From positions 248,001 to 312,000 of IMG/VR virus record IMGVR_UViG_3300023179_000009: a DNA stretch of 64,000 nt, one strand, 5' to 3'. Position 1 is the first letter of the stretch; each line of letters starts with the position of its first letter. The notes beneath the pieces were generated by a model. The model had not been told where the DNA came from. It made no database searches and saw only the letters and a list, made by a program, of their open reading frames with translations. Below are positions 1 to 9,875 of this stretch, piece after piece. Both the position numbers and the translations under genes were made by a program.

Positions 1-2
1 TT

Positions 3-167
3 TGGGATGAAGAACACCATTTAAAAATATCAAAAAACAGATCGTTGCCTGTGAGTTATATCAATAGAAACAGACAAAGAATCTGCGATACAATAAATTA
101 TTTGGAACTTGAAGGAACAATAAAAGTTATGGGCCGAGAGGGCTTGGCATTCACTCATGAGGTTTAA
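3..167 (+). CDS. 3' end of a probable glycosyltransferase (paralog of next gene), truncated by window edge
   Basis: Frame 3 reads WDEEHHLKI...TINYLELEGTIKVMGREGLAFTHEV*, resembling the C-terminus of 170..988 (YDLDHHKLT...DIVKIKSLGEVAFTYTI). Confidence 0.5.
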   Translation, partial: WDEEHHLKISKNRSLPVSYINRNRQRICDTINYLELEGTIKVMGREGLAFTHEV

Positions 168-169
168 AA

Positions 170-988
170 ATGATTTCAGGAAAACTGCCATTAATTTCTT
201 GTGTTTGTGTTACCAAAGATCGTTTTGAATTATTAAAAAAATCAATTTTTTGTTATTTAAATCAAAATTACCAAAATAAAAATTTAATCATATTGAGTCA
301 AAGCAATGATGACACTAATAAAAAAATAGAAAAATACATAAAAGATTTATCAAGAGAAGATATTCTTTTTCTTGCTGCTCCAACTATGTTGACGTTAGGG
401 GCCATGAGAAACACATCTATTGAATTGGCCACCGGCGAAATAATTTGTCAATGGGACGATGACGATTTGTATCACCCCAACAGACTGACTAATCAATATA
501 AGTGTTTAAAAAGCGATAATAGAAATGTTGCTTCTTTGTATTCAAATTTTTTAAAGTATTTTGCCAATTCAAAAGAAGTATATTGGTGTGATTGGTTAAA
601 CGAATCAGAGTACTCCCACAGATTTTTGTGTGGTTCGGTGATGTTTTACAAATCTCTTTTTCATATGTGGGAAAATTTTTATCCTGAGCGTGGTGCTCAG
701 AGTTGTTGTGAGGAAGATTTAAATGTTCTTGAGAAGTTGATGTTAAAAGGGTCCATAGCCCCAGTCTTGGATGGCAATGAATATGTTTATGTTTATCACG
801 GCGTTAACACCTATGATTTAGATCACCACAAATTAACCTTGGACATTAGATGGGGTAAAAAAGTTTATACAAAAGAAGATTTATTAAAAAAGCAAGATTT
901 GATTGAGGAAACTTTTGATTTGATACAAATGGACGATATTGTTAAAATTAAGAGTTTAGGAGAAGTTGCTTTTACTTACACAATATGA
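170..988 (+). CDS. GT2-family glycosyltransferase
   Basis: N-terminal LISCVCVTKDR...LNQNY, LGAMRN, ICQWDDDD (DxD) pattern of GT-A/GT2. Confidence 0.8.
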   Translation: MISGKLPLISCVCVTKDRFELLKKSIFCYLNQNYQNKNLIILSQSNDDTNKKIEKYIKDLSREDILFLAAPTMLTLGAMRNTSIELATGEIICQWDDDDLYHPNRLTNQYKCLKSDNRNVASLYSNFLKYFANSKEVYWCDWLNESEYSHRFLCGSVMFYKSLFHMWENFYPERGAQSCCEEDLNVLEKLMLKGSIAPVLDGNEYVYVYHGVNTYDLDHHKLTLDIRWGKKVYTKEDLLKKQDLIEETFDLIQMDDIVKIKSLGEVAFTYTI

Positions 989-2007
989 AATTCGAACAAA
1001 AGTACCCCACGGCTTTATCAAACGAGAGATTTGAATTTGAATACTCTTATGTGACCAAAAGCCCAAAACTAGGACAGTGTCGTTGGTGTTCTTCTTTTAC
1101 CAAATGGATAGATGTTCTTTTTCAAGTTAACGTTTGTAGCGAAGAGTGCAACGCTGAGATGTGGCACCGCTATAGGAATGATCAAAAATTAAATGGTACT
1201 TATAAAAATTTTGAGGATCATTTTGAACAAGTAAAAAAAGAATTAAAATTGGGAGAAAAGGCCACGGATGATTGGAAAGACATATTAATTGTTGTTCATG
1301 ATCAACTTGACTATATCAAAGATTGCGTTGATTCGGTACAAAAATATACAAAAAATTACCATTTGTTTATTTGGGACAATGCATCCGGCAAAGAGACTCA
1401 AGAATATATACAAAATTTATTGTTAAAATATGATCCAAACAAAGATAAGCATTATAAATTAACAACTATAAGAAGAGAGAAAAATGTTGGATTTGTGGTT
1501 CCAAATAATGAAATGATTGCTCTCGGGGAAAGTCCCTATATCATCCTACTAAATTCTGATACCAAAGTTTTTGAAAATTGGGACAATACCATGATAGCAT
1601 TTTTAAAAAACAACCCGGAATATGCCCAGGTTGGCTATTGGGGAGGACACCTTAATGCTGATGGGCGTGGATTTGGCGGGGCGAATGGAGAACGTGTTGA
1701 CTATATCCCAGGTTGGTGCTTTTGCATACCACGTGAGACCTACGATCAATTTGGTTTGTTCGATGAACATCTCAAATTCGCTTATTGCGAAGACTCTGAT
1801 TTTTCTTTGAGACTGAAAGAAGGTGGAAAAAAGATTTATTCACTTTACGCTCCACTTGTTCACCACTATCAAAACAAAACTGTAAAACAAGTCGAAAAAG
1901 AAGGTGAATTGGATCTTCAAGCAACTTTTGATCACAATCATTCCTACTTTAAAAATCGTTGGAAAGAATATTTGTCTAAAAATCGAGTTCTTTTGGATCA
2001 AAAATAA
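985..2007 (+). CDS. GT2-family glycosyltransferase with N-terminal Cys-rich (Zn-binding?) extension
   Basis: WDNAS, NVGF..NN, ILLNSD, GLFDE..AYCEDSDFSLR, VHH motifs; N-terminal CRWC...CSEEC. Confidence 0.8.
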   Translation: MKFEQKYPTALSNERFEFEYSYVTKSPKLGQCRWCSSFTKWIDVLFQVNVCSEECNAEMWHRYRNDQKLNGTYKNFEDHFEQVKKELKLGEKATDDWKDILIVVHDQLDYIKDCVDSVQKYTKNYHLFIWDNASGKETQEYIQNLLLKYDPNKDKHYKLTTIRREKNVGFVVPNNEMIALGESPYIILLNSDTKVFENWDNTMIAFLKNNPEYAQVGYWGGHLNADGRGFGGANGERVDYIPGWCFCIPRETYDQFGLFDEHLKFAYCEDSDFSLRLKEGGKKIYSLYAPLVHHYQNKTVKQVEKEGELDLQATFDHNHSYFKNRWKEYLSKNRVLLDQK

Positions 2008-2064
2008 TTATTGTTTCGGCCAACCTTTACGTCGCTTCTTTTTTCCGTAAAATAAAGATATCCC

Positions 2065-3381
2065 ATGAGCGAAACTTTCAAGGAAAATAAAATGAGTGCG
2101 TGCTGTTTTTGCGGACAAACTAAAAAAATGACCGGTCCTTTGGTTCAAGGAAATGGTCTTGGTGACGAACACCCCGTTTACATTTGTTATAGTTGTATTA
2201 AAAGTTGCGAGGAAGCACTTGCTGAAAAAATTTCAAGCATGCGGTCGGAGAACTTGAAGAAATTAAATGTTCCAAGTCCTGTTGATCTATATCAACACCT
2301 TAATCGATATGTAATTGGCCAAGATGTCGCCAAAAAGAAACTATCGGTAGAAGTTAGCAATCACTATCAAAGACTAATAGATAGTTACGAATTAAAATCT
2401 TTTAAAAACTCCGGAGATTGTTCCGTAGAAGATCCAGAACTTAGAGATGTTGAGATTGAAAAAAATAATATTCTTCTTGTGGGACCAACAGGAAGTGGAA
2501 AAACTTTATTGGCAAAAAGTTTAGCCGAAAAACTCAATGTTCCTTTTGCAATCGGTGACGCCACAACGCTCACTGAGGCTGGTTACGTGGGAGAAGATGT
2601 TGAAAATTTGCTTTTGAAACTCTTGGTTGCAGCAGACTACAACGTTGAAGAAGCACAAAGAGGCATTATCTATATCGATGAAATTGATAAAATTCGATCC
2701 ACTGGCGGAAATGTTTCTATTACAAGGGATGTGAGTGGACAAGGTGTTCAACAAAGTCTTCTTAAAATGATAGAAGGAACTGTTTGCAATGTTCCACCTC
2801 AAGGAGGTCGCAAACATCCAGAACAAAACTACATTCAGATTGATACAACTCATATTTTGTTTATTGTTGGCGGCGCTTTCGTTGGTTTAGAAGACATTAT
2901 TCGTCGTCGTTTAAGGAAGACTGCGATTGGTTTTAATGTTGAAAATCAGGTTACTGACGAAAGAAAAGAATACAACGATGTGATGAAGAAAGTTCGCCAA
3001 GATGATTTTATTGAATTCGGTATGATACCAGAGTTAATCGGCAGGCTTCCTGTGATTAGTTCTCTGGAAGAACTCTCGGTGGATGATTTGGTTCGTGTTT
3101 TAAAAGAACCCAAAAACGCCCTGCTAAAACAGGAGCGGAAGAAAATGTCTTACAAAGGCGTTGATCTTCAATTTACCGACGATGCCGTCACAAAAATTGC
3201 AGAAATTGCTATTGAAAAAGAAATTGGAGCACGTGCTTTAAGAAGTGTTCTTGGCGAGTTTATGACAGATCTTTACTTTGATCTTTCAGACGACTGTTCT
3301 GGAAAGTCTTATCTGGTCGATGTTGATGTTGTTTTGAATAAAAAGAAGCCCGTTTTGATGAACAAAAACGAGGCTGCTTAG
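2065..3381 (+). CDS. clpX: ATP-dependent Clp protease ATP-binding subunit ClpX
   Basis: C4 Zn finger (CFCG...ICYSC), YVIGQD.AKK, GPTGSGKT, DATTLTEAGYVGEDVE, IYIDEIDK, GGRKHP, IGF loop, PELIGRLP, GARALR. Confidence 0.95.
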   Translation: MSETFKENKMSACCFCGQTKKMTGPLVQGNGLGDEHPVYICYSCIKSCEEALAEKISSMRSENLKKLNVPSPVDLYQHLNRYVIGQDVAKKKLSVEVSNHYQRLIDSYELKSFKNSGDCSVEDPELRDVEIEKNNILLVGPTGSGKTLLAKSLAEKLNVPFAIGDATTLTEAGYVGEDVENLLLKLLVAADYNVEEAQRGIIYIDEIDKIRSTGGNVSITRDVSGQGVQQSLLKMIEGTVCNVPPQGGRKHPEQNYIQIDTTHILFIVGGAFVGLEDIIRRRLRKTAIGFNVENQVTDERKEYNDVMKKVRQDDFIEFGMIPELIGRLPVISSLEELSVDDLVRVLKEPKNALLKQERKKMSYKGVDLQFTDDAVTKIAEIAIEKEIGARALRSVLGEFMTDLYFDLSDDCSGKSYLVDVDVVLNKKKPVLMNKNEAA

Positions 3382-3660
3382 CTACAGATTATTCAGATAA
3401 TCAATTTCTTCTTCTGTTAAATTGTCAAAATTAATTTGATCTTTAATTTTTAATAAAATTTGATCTGCGATTAATTTTGATGAATTTGTCAAATCTAGTT
3501 CGTATTTTATATTCTCAATTTTTTGACTGTAGTCTTTGTAAAAAGAGATTATTTTTTCTTTTTTATTTTGCGAGTATAGACTAACAGCAATAAACATAGA
3601 CACTACGATGGTTGTTGCTGTCAATAGTTCAAGAAGAGATGTTCCTTTGCGTCCTTGCAT
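3382..3660 (-). CDS. small protein with prepilin-type N-terminal cleavage/methylation signal
   Basis: MQGRKG|TSLLELL followed by a hydrophobic helix, Glu at +5 as in type IV pilin signal peptides. Confidence 0.6.
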   Translation of the reverse strand: MQGRKGTSLLELLTATTIVVSMFIAVSLYSQNKKEKIISFYKDYSQKIENIKYELDLTNSSKLIADQILLKIKDQINFDNLTEEEIDYLNNL

Positions 3661-3740
3661 TTTTGCCCCATTTTATATGAAAAACATCAATGTTTTTCAT
3701 CAATATTTACTACTATTAATTTATATTTAGGAGCAAATTC

Positions 3741-4097
3741 ATGGCTGATTTTTTTTGTTATGGAACTTTAAAAAAAGGATTCAATGCCCACAGGATATTA
3801 AAAAATGCCCCAGCAGCCTTTTTGGGCGAAGTGATTACAAATGAAGACTACCACTTGTATGATGTTGGAAGTTTTCCTGGTATGGTTTTCGACTCAACAA
3901 CAAAAGGCGGGGTTCAAGGAGAATTATATAAAATTCCAGAGCGTGCTTTCAATGACCTAGACCGTTACGAATGTGTAAGTACAGGTCTTTTTCGTCGTGA
4001 GGAAATAATTTTACAAGACGGTAGTAAAGCCTATGCTTACATATTTAATTCTAATCTAGACAATGCAATTAAAATTGAAGATGGTTTGTGGAAATAA
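3741..4097 (+). CDS. gamma-glutamylcyclotransferase (AIG2/GGCT-like) family protein
   Basis: FCYGTLKKG, LYDVGSFPG, VQGELY, LDRYE, AYAY motifs. Confidence 0.85.
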   Translation: MADFFCYGTLKKGFNAHRILKNAPAAFLGEVITNEDYHLYDVGSFPGMVFDSTTKGGVQGELYKIPERAFNDLDRYECVSTGLFRREEIILQDGSKAYAYIFNSNLDNAIKIEDGLWK

Positions 4098-4130
4098 TAC
4101 ATATTATTAGTTAATGCAGAAAGGTTTTCT

Positions 4131-5192
4131 ATGTGGGGCGATGCTTTTTGTGCTTTTCCATTTAATCGACTAAGAATAACATCCGAAGGCAATGCTTCTT
4201 TTTGTTGTTTTATGAGACCAGACCCTCTCAAAGCAGAGGAGGACGCTTATATCGGTAATGTTTTGAATAATACATTTGATGAGGTTTGGTTTGGAGAAAT
4301 TGCCGAGGAAATAAGACACGAAACACTCAAGGGCAATTTGCACAAAAAATGCCAATGTCCCGGTTGTCCTTATTTGCCGCTTAAAAAACCATACCCGATT
4401 CAGAACTTTATTTACAATGAGTATCCTAATTTCTTAGAAATAGATCTTCCGAATACCCATTGTAATGTTGGCGGATTAAAACCTCACCCGGAACACTCTC
4501 CAGCTTGCGTTATGTGTGAGCGATCAAGTCCAGTTTTCCGCCCAGAGAAAAATCATCTTTTTGAAGTTCTTGAAAAAATTAAGCACATCGTTCCCAACCT
4601 TTATCAAATACACGTTCAGGGAATAGCGGAACCTTTCTATCAAACAAGACAAGATGGATTTTTGTTGTTTGAAATTATGGATATTTTAGAATATGATAAC
4701 CATGCAGAGCAAATTACTTTAAGCATCACTACAAATGGAACCTTATTAAAACAAAATGTACGTGAGCAATATCTTAGGCGTGCTCCAAATTCTATTACTA
4801 ATTTTTCAATAGACGCCGCTACACCAGAAACTTTTAAAGCTATAAGAATATTTGATTGTTTTGATAAAGTTTTGGAGAATATGTATGCTTTTGATCAAGA
4901 GCGTGTTCGTGAGAAGCAGTTCTTGAAAATTCACAATAATATTAACATAATGAATGTGCATGAGGTTGTTGAGATGTGTCGAATTGCACACAAAGCAAGA
5001 GCGGAATTTGTTGAATTTAATCCAACAAATGGATTTAATCATAAGATTCTTGTGAACAAAAAAAATTGTGGTTTGTTTGCAAAAGCTCAACAAGATATTA
5101 TTGAAGAGTGCAATAAACTAGGACAGCCGGTTAACTTTATAAGACCACTTGACTTAAACTTAACCGACCAGTTGATACAACTCACTTTATGA
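4131..5192 (+). CDS. SPASM/twitch + radical SAM domain protein (paralog 1)
   Basis: N-terminal C.FPF..L.I...G....CC...IGN...W...C..C SPASM-like block; CNVGG-x-ACVMC (CX14CX2C); GIAEPF, TTNGTLL, FSIDAATPETF. Confidence 0.75.
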   Translation: MWGDAFCAFPFNRLRITSEGNASFCCFMRPDPLKAEEDAYIGNVLNNTFDEVWFGEIAEEIRHETLKGNLHKKCQCPGCPYLPLKKPYPIQNFIYNEYPNFLEIDLPNTHCNVGGLKPHPEHSPACVMCERSSPVFRPEKNHLFEVLEKIKHIVPNLYQIHVQGIAEPFYQTRQDGFLLFEIMDILEYDNHAEQITLSITTNGTLLKQNVREQYLRRAPNSITNFSIDAATPETFKAIRIFDCFDKVLENMYAFDQERVREKQFLKIHNNINIMNVHEVVEMCRIAHKARAEFVEFNPTNGFNHKILVNKKNCGLFAKAQQDIIEECNKLGQPVNFIRPLDLNLTDQLIQLTL

Positions 5193-5960
5193 TTTCTTTT
5201 TGTGTTTGAATTTTTTTTCAAATTTTAATAGTTTATACTGGAGGCAATTCCAAGGAATATGTGGTTGAATTATATCTATAAAACAATCATAGTCTATAGA
5301 TCCGATGTAGATCACATATTGAATTTGATTATTTTTGTTTTTTCTGCTCGGTACCGGACGAGTGTCTAGTTTCAAATCTTTTTTTATAAGACCAACTAAT
5401 CGTTCTACCTCAATTTTACTAAAATTGTGGGTACAAATAAATGCGTTGTTGCTTTTCCCAATGTATCCATCGTCACAGAACCAATAAGCTAATGTTAGAG
5501 GCGTTATGTTCAATTTTTCGGGCAATATCTTTTTTTCTTTTACATACCATTGATTTCTTAGTTTGGTAAAAATAGGATGACAACAGGTATGGTATAACAT
5601 TGTTTGTTCAACATAATTTTTCCCTTTCAAACTTCTGTTTTTTTCGTACATTTTTAGCGAGTTAGAGTAGGGTTGTAGTTCATCGTGCAAACTTTGTTGA
5701 TATTCTTGCATTGCCATCTTTTGACCTTTTTGAAAACGAGAATTGTGCGTTTCTTTTTTTGGTCGATCTAAATGAGCGTCACCTAATAATGAACCGACAA
5801 TAATCTCCATCTGCCTATCATTTATTTCAGGCAAACAAGGCACAAGACCTTTGCTTTTGCATTCCCTTGAGCAATTTTTTCTTAAATGAAACTCGGAGGG
5901 TTTTATTTCAAATATTTTACCACAAAATTGACAGGCTTTTTGTATTTTACATTTTTTCAT
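5187..5960 (-). CDS. LAGLIDADG homing endonuclease (two-motif type) with N-terminal Zn-finger
   Basis: IIVGSLLGDAHL and LAYWFCDDG motifs, CTHNFS..EV..L; N-terminal CQFCG...CSREC. Confidence 0.85.
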   Translation of the reverse strand: MKKCKIQKACQFCGKIFEIKPSEFHLRKNCSRECKSKGLVPCLPEINDRQMEIIVGSLLGDAHLDRPKKETHNSRFQKGQKMAMQEYQQSLHDELQPYSNSLKMYEKNRSLKGKNYVEQTMLYHTCCHPIFTKLRNQWYVKEKKILPEKLNITPLTLAYWFCDDGYIGKSNNAFICTHNFSKIEVERLVGLIKKDLKLDTRPVPSRKNKNNQIQYVIYIGSIDYDCFIDIIQPHIPWNCLQYKLLKFEKKFKHKKKS

Positions 5961-6007
5961 AATTATATGTATTCACATAGTTGTGTTTTTCTTAACAACA
6001 TAAACAC

Positions 6008-6190
6008 GTTGAATTTAATCCAACAAATGGATTTAATCACAAAATTTTAGTTAATGAAAAAAATTGTGGTTTGTTTGCAAAAGCTCAACAAGATATTATT
6101 GAAGAGTGCAATAAACTAGGACAGCCGGTTAACTTTTTGCGTCCTTTAGATTTAGGTTATACCGAACGGCTGATACAGTTGACTATATAG
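6008..6190 (+). pseudogene. orphaned duplicate of the last 60 codons of the radical SAM gene 4131..5192
   Basis: 183-bp copy of 5010..5192; translates VEFNPTNGFNHKILVNEKNCGLFAKAQQDIIEECNKLGQPVNFLRPLDLGYTERLIQLTI*; identical blocks alternate with recoded blocks. Confidence 0.9.
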
Positions 6191-7283
6191 TTAATTGTAT
6201 CAAGTCGTTCCCTACTACTTGTTCAAATTCCCTCACCATTTTAATGGGCATATTTATTTCTTTTGCTTTTTCTTTTGCTTTTTCAGAATTCTCTAAAAAA
6301 ACAGATACGTTATCTTTGGTGACCATTATATCTTGTATAGTTTTTTCTGATGTTAGTGATCCGCAGTCGTGAGTAGGATTGAATTGAATTTCATTAAAAT
6401 TATTATCTTTGGCAAAGACTACCATATCTTCCATTTCTTTCACGTTTAAAGTATTTATATTGTTATACATTATACTTCGATGGTTTTCTCCTTTTATTTT
6501 GTTGTATAAATTTAGATTTTTTTGAATTATTTCAAAAAAATCTCTTCTCCTTATACTTTTATAAGTTTCTTTTGTGGCAGCATCTATTGAAAAATAAATA
6601 AATGATTTTTTTACTATTTCTAGATATTTTTTTTGTAAAATTTCGTTAAAAATAGAACCATTGCTGTACGTCCAAAAATTAATATTATTTTGATATTTTT
6701 TAAATTCTATTTCTTCAAAAATTTCAAAAATTAAGTCCTTGTAGAAGGGCTCAGCCACACCCAAAACGGAGAATAAAATTAGGTTTGGAACAATACACTT
6801 TATTGAGTCTATAATTTTTTTTGTATTATTTAATTTAAAATTTTCACTTTTTCGAAAAACATCAAAATTTCTGGGACACATTACACAAGCTTGATTTTTA
6901 TCATTTGGATTTTCTCCACCTATGTTGCAATGTGTTGGTGGCAAATCTATCTCCAAAGATATTGGATAATTTTCTAAAAAAACTACTTTTTGATTATTTT
7001 CTTTTAAATTTTTGTTTATATAAGGACATCCACCCCATTCTTGACAATTATTATGCAATTCTCCATTTAAAGTTTTTTCTCTTATTTCTTTTGAAATACT
7101 ATTATTCCATATTTGTATGATATTATCTTTAAAAATATTGCCTAAAAATTTCCCTTGATAACAACACATTGTTACATCGCCGGTGACATTTATTTTTATG
7201 TGCCTAAATGGCATTTCACAAAAACTATAAATTATTTGTTTTTTATTTTTGAAGTTGGGATTTTGATTTTGATATTTGAACAT
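6183..7283 (-). CDS. SPASM/twitch + radical SAM domain protein (paralog 2)
   Basis: CEMPF...GDVTMCC...GN; CNIGG-x-ACVMC (CX13CX2C); GVAEPF, SNGS, FSIDAAT; C-terminal LIQLTI. Confidence 0.75.
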   Translation of the reverse strand: MFKYQNQNPNFKNKKQIIYSFCEMPFRHIKINVTGDVTMCCYQGKFLGNIFKDNIIQIWNNSISKEIREKTLNGELHNNCQEWGGCPYINKNLKENNQKVVFLENYPISLEIDLPPTHCNIGGENPNDKNQACVMCPRNFDVFRKSENFKLNNTKKIIDSIKCIVPNLILFSVLGVAEPFYKDLIFEIFEEIEFKKYQNNINFWTYSNGSIFNEILQKKYLEIVKKSFIYFSIDAATKETYKSIRRRDFFEIIQKNLNLYNKIKGENHRSIMYNNINTLNVKEMEDMVVFAKDNNFNEIQFNPTHDCGSLTSEKTIQDIMVTKDNVSVFLENSEKAKEKAKEINMPIKMVREFEQVVGNDLIQLTI

Positions 7284-7334
7284 TTTTAAAATTAATTAAT
7301 CATAAATAATTAGTTATTCGAGCAAGGAGGCTTT

Positions 7335-8276
7335 ATGAGCGTTTGTTTTGAAGAAAATAAGCACATTATATACTACTGGTGGAATGATAATCCCAATATT
7401 AAACCACATCAAGATTTAAAAAGTCCAGTAATTTTGTCGATAGCAACCCTTAGATCTTTTCACAAAAACGTCCCAGTAACAATTTTTGATATTAGTGATT
7501 TTGAAAGACCAAAAGAGGACTGGAAAGACTTTCAAAATATTTTAAATTTCGACGTAGTTAAAACAACAACAGATTTGAATACTTCTTCTCCAAGATATTG
7601 GAAACTTTGTTCAAAAATTGCAGATATTTCTAAAAATATACAATTTTTAAAAGAAGATAATATTGTATTTGTAGACTCCGATATTTTTTTTCTTCAACAA
7701 ATTTTTCCTTTGAAATATGAAGAGCAATTAGATAAAAATTTTTATTGTTACCCACACAACACCGGATTTTTTTACTTTAATAAAAACTTAGAATCAAATA
7801 AGGAAATATTTGAACTTTGGGCTAACACAATAAATAAATGTTTAATAGACGAAGATTTTTTTACAGAGGTGTGCTTAAAGATAAACGATTATTCAACAAA
7901 AAGTCTTCATGACGAAATTAGTTTAAGATATTTGATCAAAGAAAAAAAAATAAATAATATAAAAAACTTAGACATCTCCGAGAGTTTTGTTTTCAATCAA
8001 ACCCAAATATACGCTGCTAATTACGGAAGAATTGATAGTGAAAATTTTTTAAAACTAAAACATAAAATTAAATTTATTCATGCGATGTTAATTTATAATG
8101 GGCCAAAAAGAGGTTTACTTTGCTTAATAATCGAAGAATTAAAACAAGCAATTAGCAAATCTTTGAATGCTGAATTAATTAAAAAAATATTTAGAAATGA
8201 TATTGTAATTCCAAGTTACAATATTGATTTAATTATTAAAATGTCACATAAGCAACTCTATTGTCTACTTAATTAA
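7335..8276 (+). CDS. putative nucleotide-diphospho-sugar transferase
   Basis: LSIATLR...NIVFVDSDIFF (DxD), NTGFFYF, DE and IHAM motifs typical of GT-A folds; clustered with GT2 genes. Confidence 0.5.
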   Translation: MSVCFEENKHIIYYWWNDNPNIKPHQDLKSPVILSIATLRSFHKNVPVTIFDISDFERPKEDWKDFQNILNFDVVKTTTDLNTSSPRYWKLCSKIADISKNIQFLKEDNIVFVDSDIFFLQQIFPLKYEEQLDKNFYCYPHNTGFFYFNKNLESNKEIFELWANTINKCLIDEDFFTEVCLKINDYSTKSLHDEISLRYLIKEKKINNIKNLDISESFVFNQTQIYAANYGRIDSENFLKLKHKIKFIHAMLIYNGPKRGLLCLIIEELKQAISKSLNAELIKKIFRNDIVIPSYNIDLIIKMSHKQLYCLLN

Positions 8277-9817
8277 TTTTCTTGTGGTATTGAAATTAGT
8301 TCTATATCATCTTTTTCTTTAAAATCATACAAAGCATCACTATAAGTGTTGCATATAGGCTTCCCAGGTCCATTTAAACTTGTATTTATTATACACTCAC
8401 TCCCAGTTATTCTACCGTACTCAACAAGTAGTTCGTGTAACCAAGGATCTTTTTCCTTGTGAACCACTTGCGGCCTACTACTGTTGTCTTTGTGTACAAT
8501 TGCTGGACACTCCATTTTTGCTGCCAGATTACATTCACAACGATACTGCATGTATTCTCCTTTGGGACCAGTAAAATATCTGTCGAAGCTTTCTGCGGTT
8601 ACCATCGGAGCTAATGGGCGATAATATTCTCTTCCTTTTAACTCTTGCGAGACACGTTTTAAATTCTCATACTTACTGGCATTTGCTAATATAGATCTGA
8701 AACCCAAAGCTCTAGGGCCACACTCCGCTTTTCCACGAAGCAAGCCCACAACTTTATCTTGGGCTATCAGCTTCGCTATTTCTTTTGGCTCTTGTGGCCC
8801 TATTTTTGACAGAGGTTCTTGCAAATACATTATTGAAGGTGTTTTTAAAGCTTTTGGCCATTTTCCTTTATCTAAAAAATAACCATAAGAAGCGGCCCCC
8901 AAAACTAAACCACTATCATTTATAGCTGGTCCGAAAACAAAATCCTTAACGTAACTTGCTATATTAGTGTTCAATTCAAGAGCTAAACATGTTCCACCGC
9001 CGACCACTATTCCTAATTCTTTGTTTGGGATAAAATTTTCTAAATTCTTTTTTATTGAATCCCATGTACGATTTATCCAAAATTTATAAAATTTTGCTAT
9101 AAATTTAAGATCCTCTTCAGACGGATTGGGAAACCAAGGAAAACTTGGAATATACTCTTGTTGTCCGGGGGTCCACAACCACGCTGGGGGTGGCATATAA
9201 GGTTTTGTGAAAGATTCGACTAATCTCACAATATCATCCTCAGAAATTTTTTCTTTTGTGTCTTCTAAAAAACCAGACAACCCCATAGCTTTACCGGCAC
9301 TATTAAAACCCAACATCGACCCCAAACTACAACTGCTTGGTATAGGTGGGTCACACACTTTTAAAGAAAACCCATCTTCATTAATCATTCCGCAAAAACA
9401 ACTTCCTAAAACCATGCCATCTGCGTTTGGGCCAGCGCCGTCAAAAGCCAAAGCAAATCTTGTTTCGTCATTTTTTCTAAAAAACCAAGAAGATAATATA
9501 TGGCATAAGTGATGGCTTATGCAGTAGTTTGGCTCATATCTTATGTTTTTTTTCATCCACTCACTGAAGGTTGATTTCATTGCAACAACCGGATGTTGCC
9601 CTTCTATTGTTTCATAATTTAATCCCATGGGTGGCACGCAAACGATATCTTCTTTACTTGGAGGAGGAATAAAATCTAATATTTCTGCCAGACTGTTTTC
9701 TGTTTTTACTCGTTTACCATAACGTTCTGCGTGTGCGTAAAATTCCAAATTGCCACTCTCGTCAAGAATAGCCACTCCAGAATCGTGATAACCACCATAA
9801 AATCCATAATATCTCAT
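8273..9817 (-). CDS. carbamoyltransferase (CmcH/NodU family)
   Basis: HDSGVA, ERY.KR.K, HHLCH, DGAG, GKAMGL, GG..LN, DSGLVLGAA, ECGPRALGFRSILA, RPLAP, H.DNSSRPQ, INTSLN.PG.PI. Confidence 0.9.
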   Translation of the reverse strand: MRYYGFYGGYHDSGVAILDESGNLEFYAHAERYGKRVKTENSLAEILDFIPPPSKEDIVCVPPMGLNYETIEGQHPVVAMKSTFSEWMKKNIRYEPNYCISHHLCHILSSWFFRKNDETRFALAFDGAGPNADGMVLGSCFCGMINEDGFSLKVCDPPIPSSCSLGSMLGFNSAGKAMGLSGFLEDTKEKISEDDIVRLVESFTKPYMPPPAWLWTPGQQEYIPSFPWFPNPSEEDLKFIAKFYKFWINRTWDSIKKNLENFIPNKELGIVVGGGTCLALELNTNIASYVKDFVFGPAINDSGLVLGAASYGYFLDKGKWPKALKTPSIMYLQEPLSKIGPQEPKEIAKLIAQDKVVGLLRGKAECGPRALGFRSILANASKYENLKRVSQELKGREYYRPLAPMVTAESFDRYFTGPKGEYMQYRCECNLAAKMECPAIVHKDNSSRPQVVHKEKDPWLHELLVEYGRITGSECIINTSLNGPGKPICNTYSDALYDFKEKDDIELISIPQEN

Positions 9818-9875
9818 ATCTTCCTCTATAATTGATGCATAATTTATAAATACATATTATACATTAAATTATTTT

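Noticed and set aside
5187-6007. Group I intron or intein hosting the LAGLIDADG ORF
   Set aside because: The ORF is antisense, the upstream gene is complete with its own stop codon, and there is no room for an intron core; a free-standing insertion fits better
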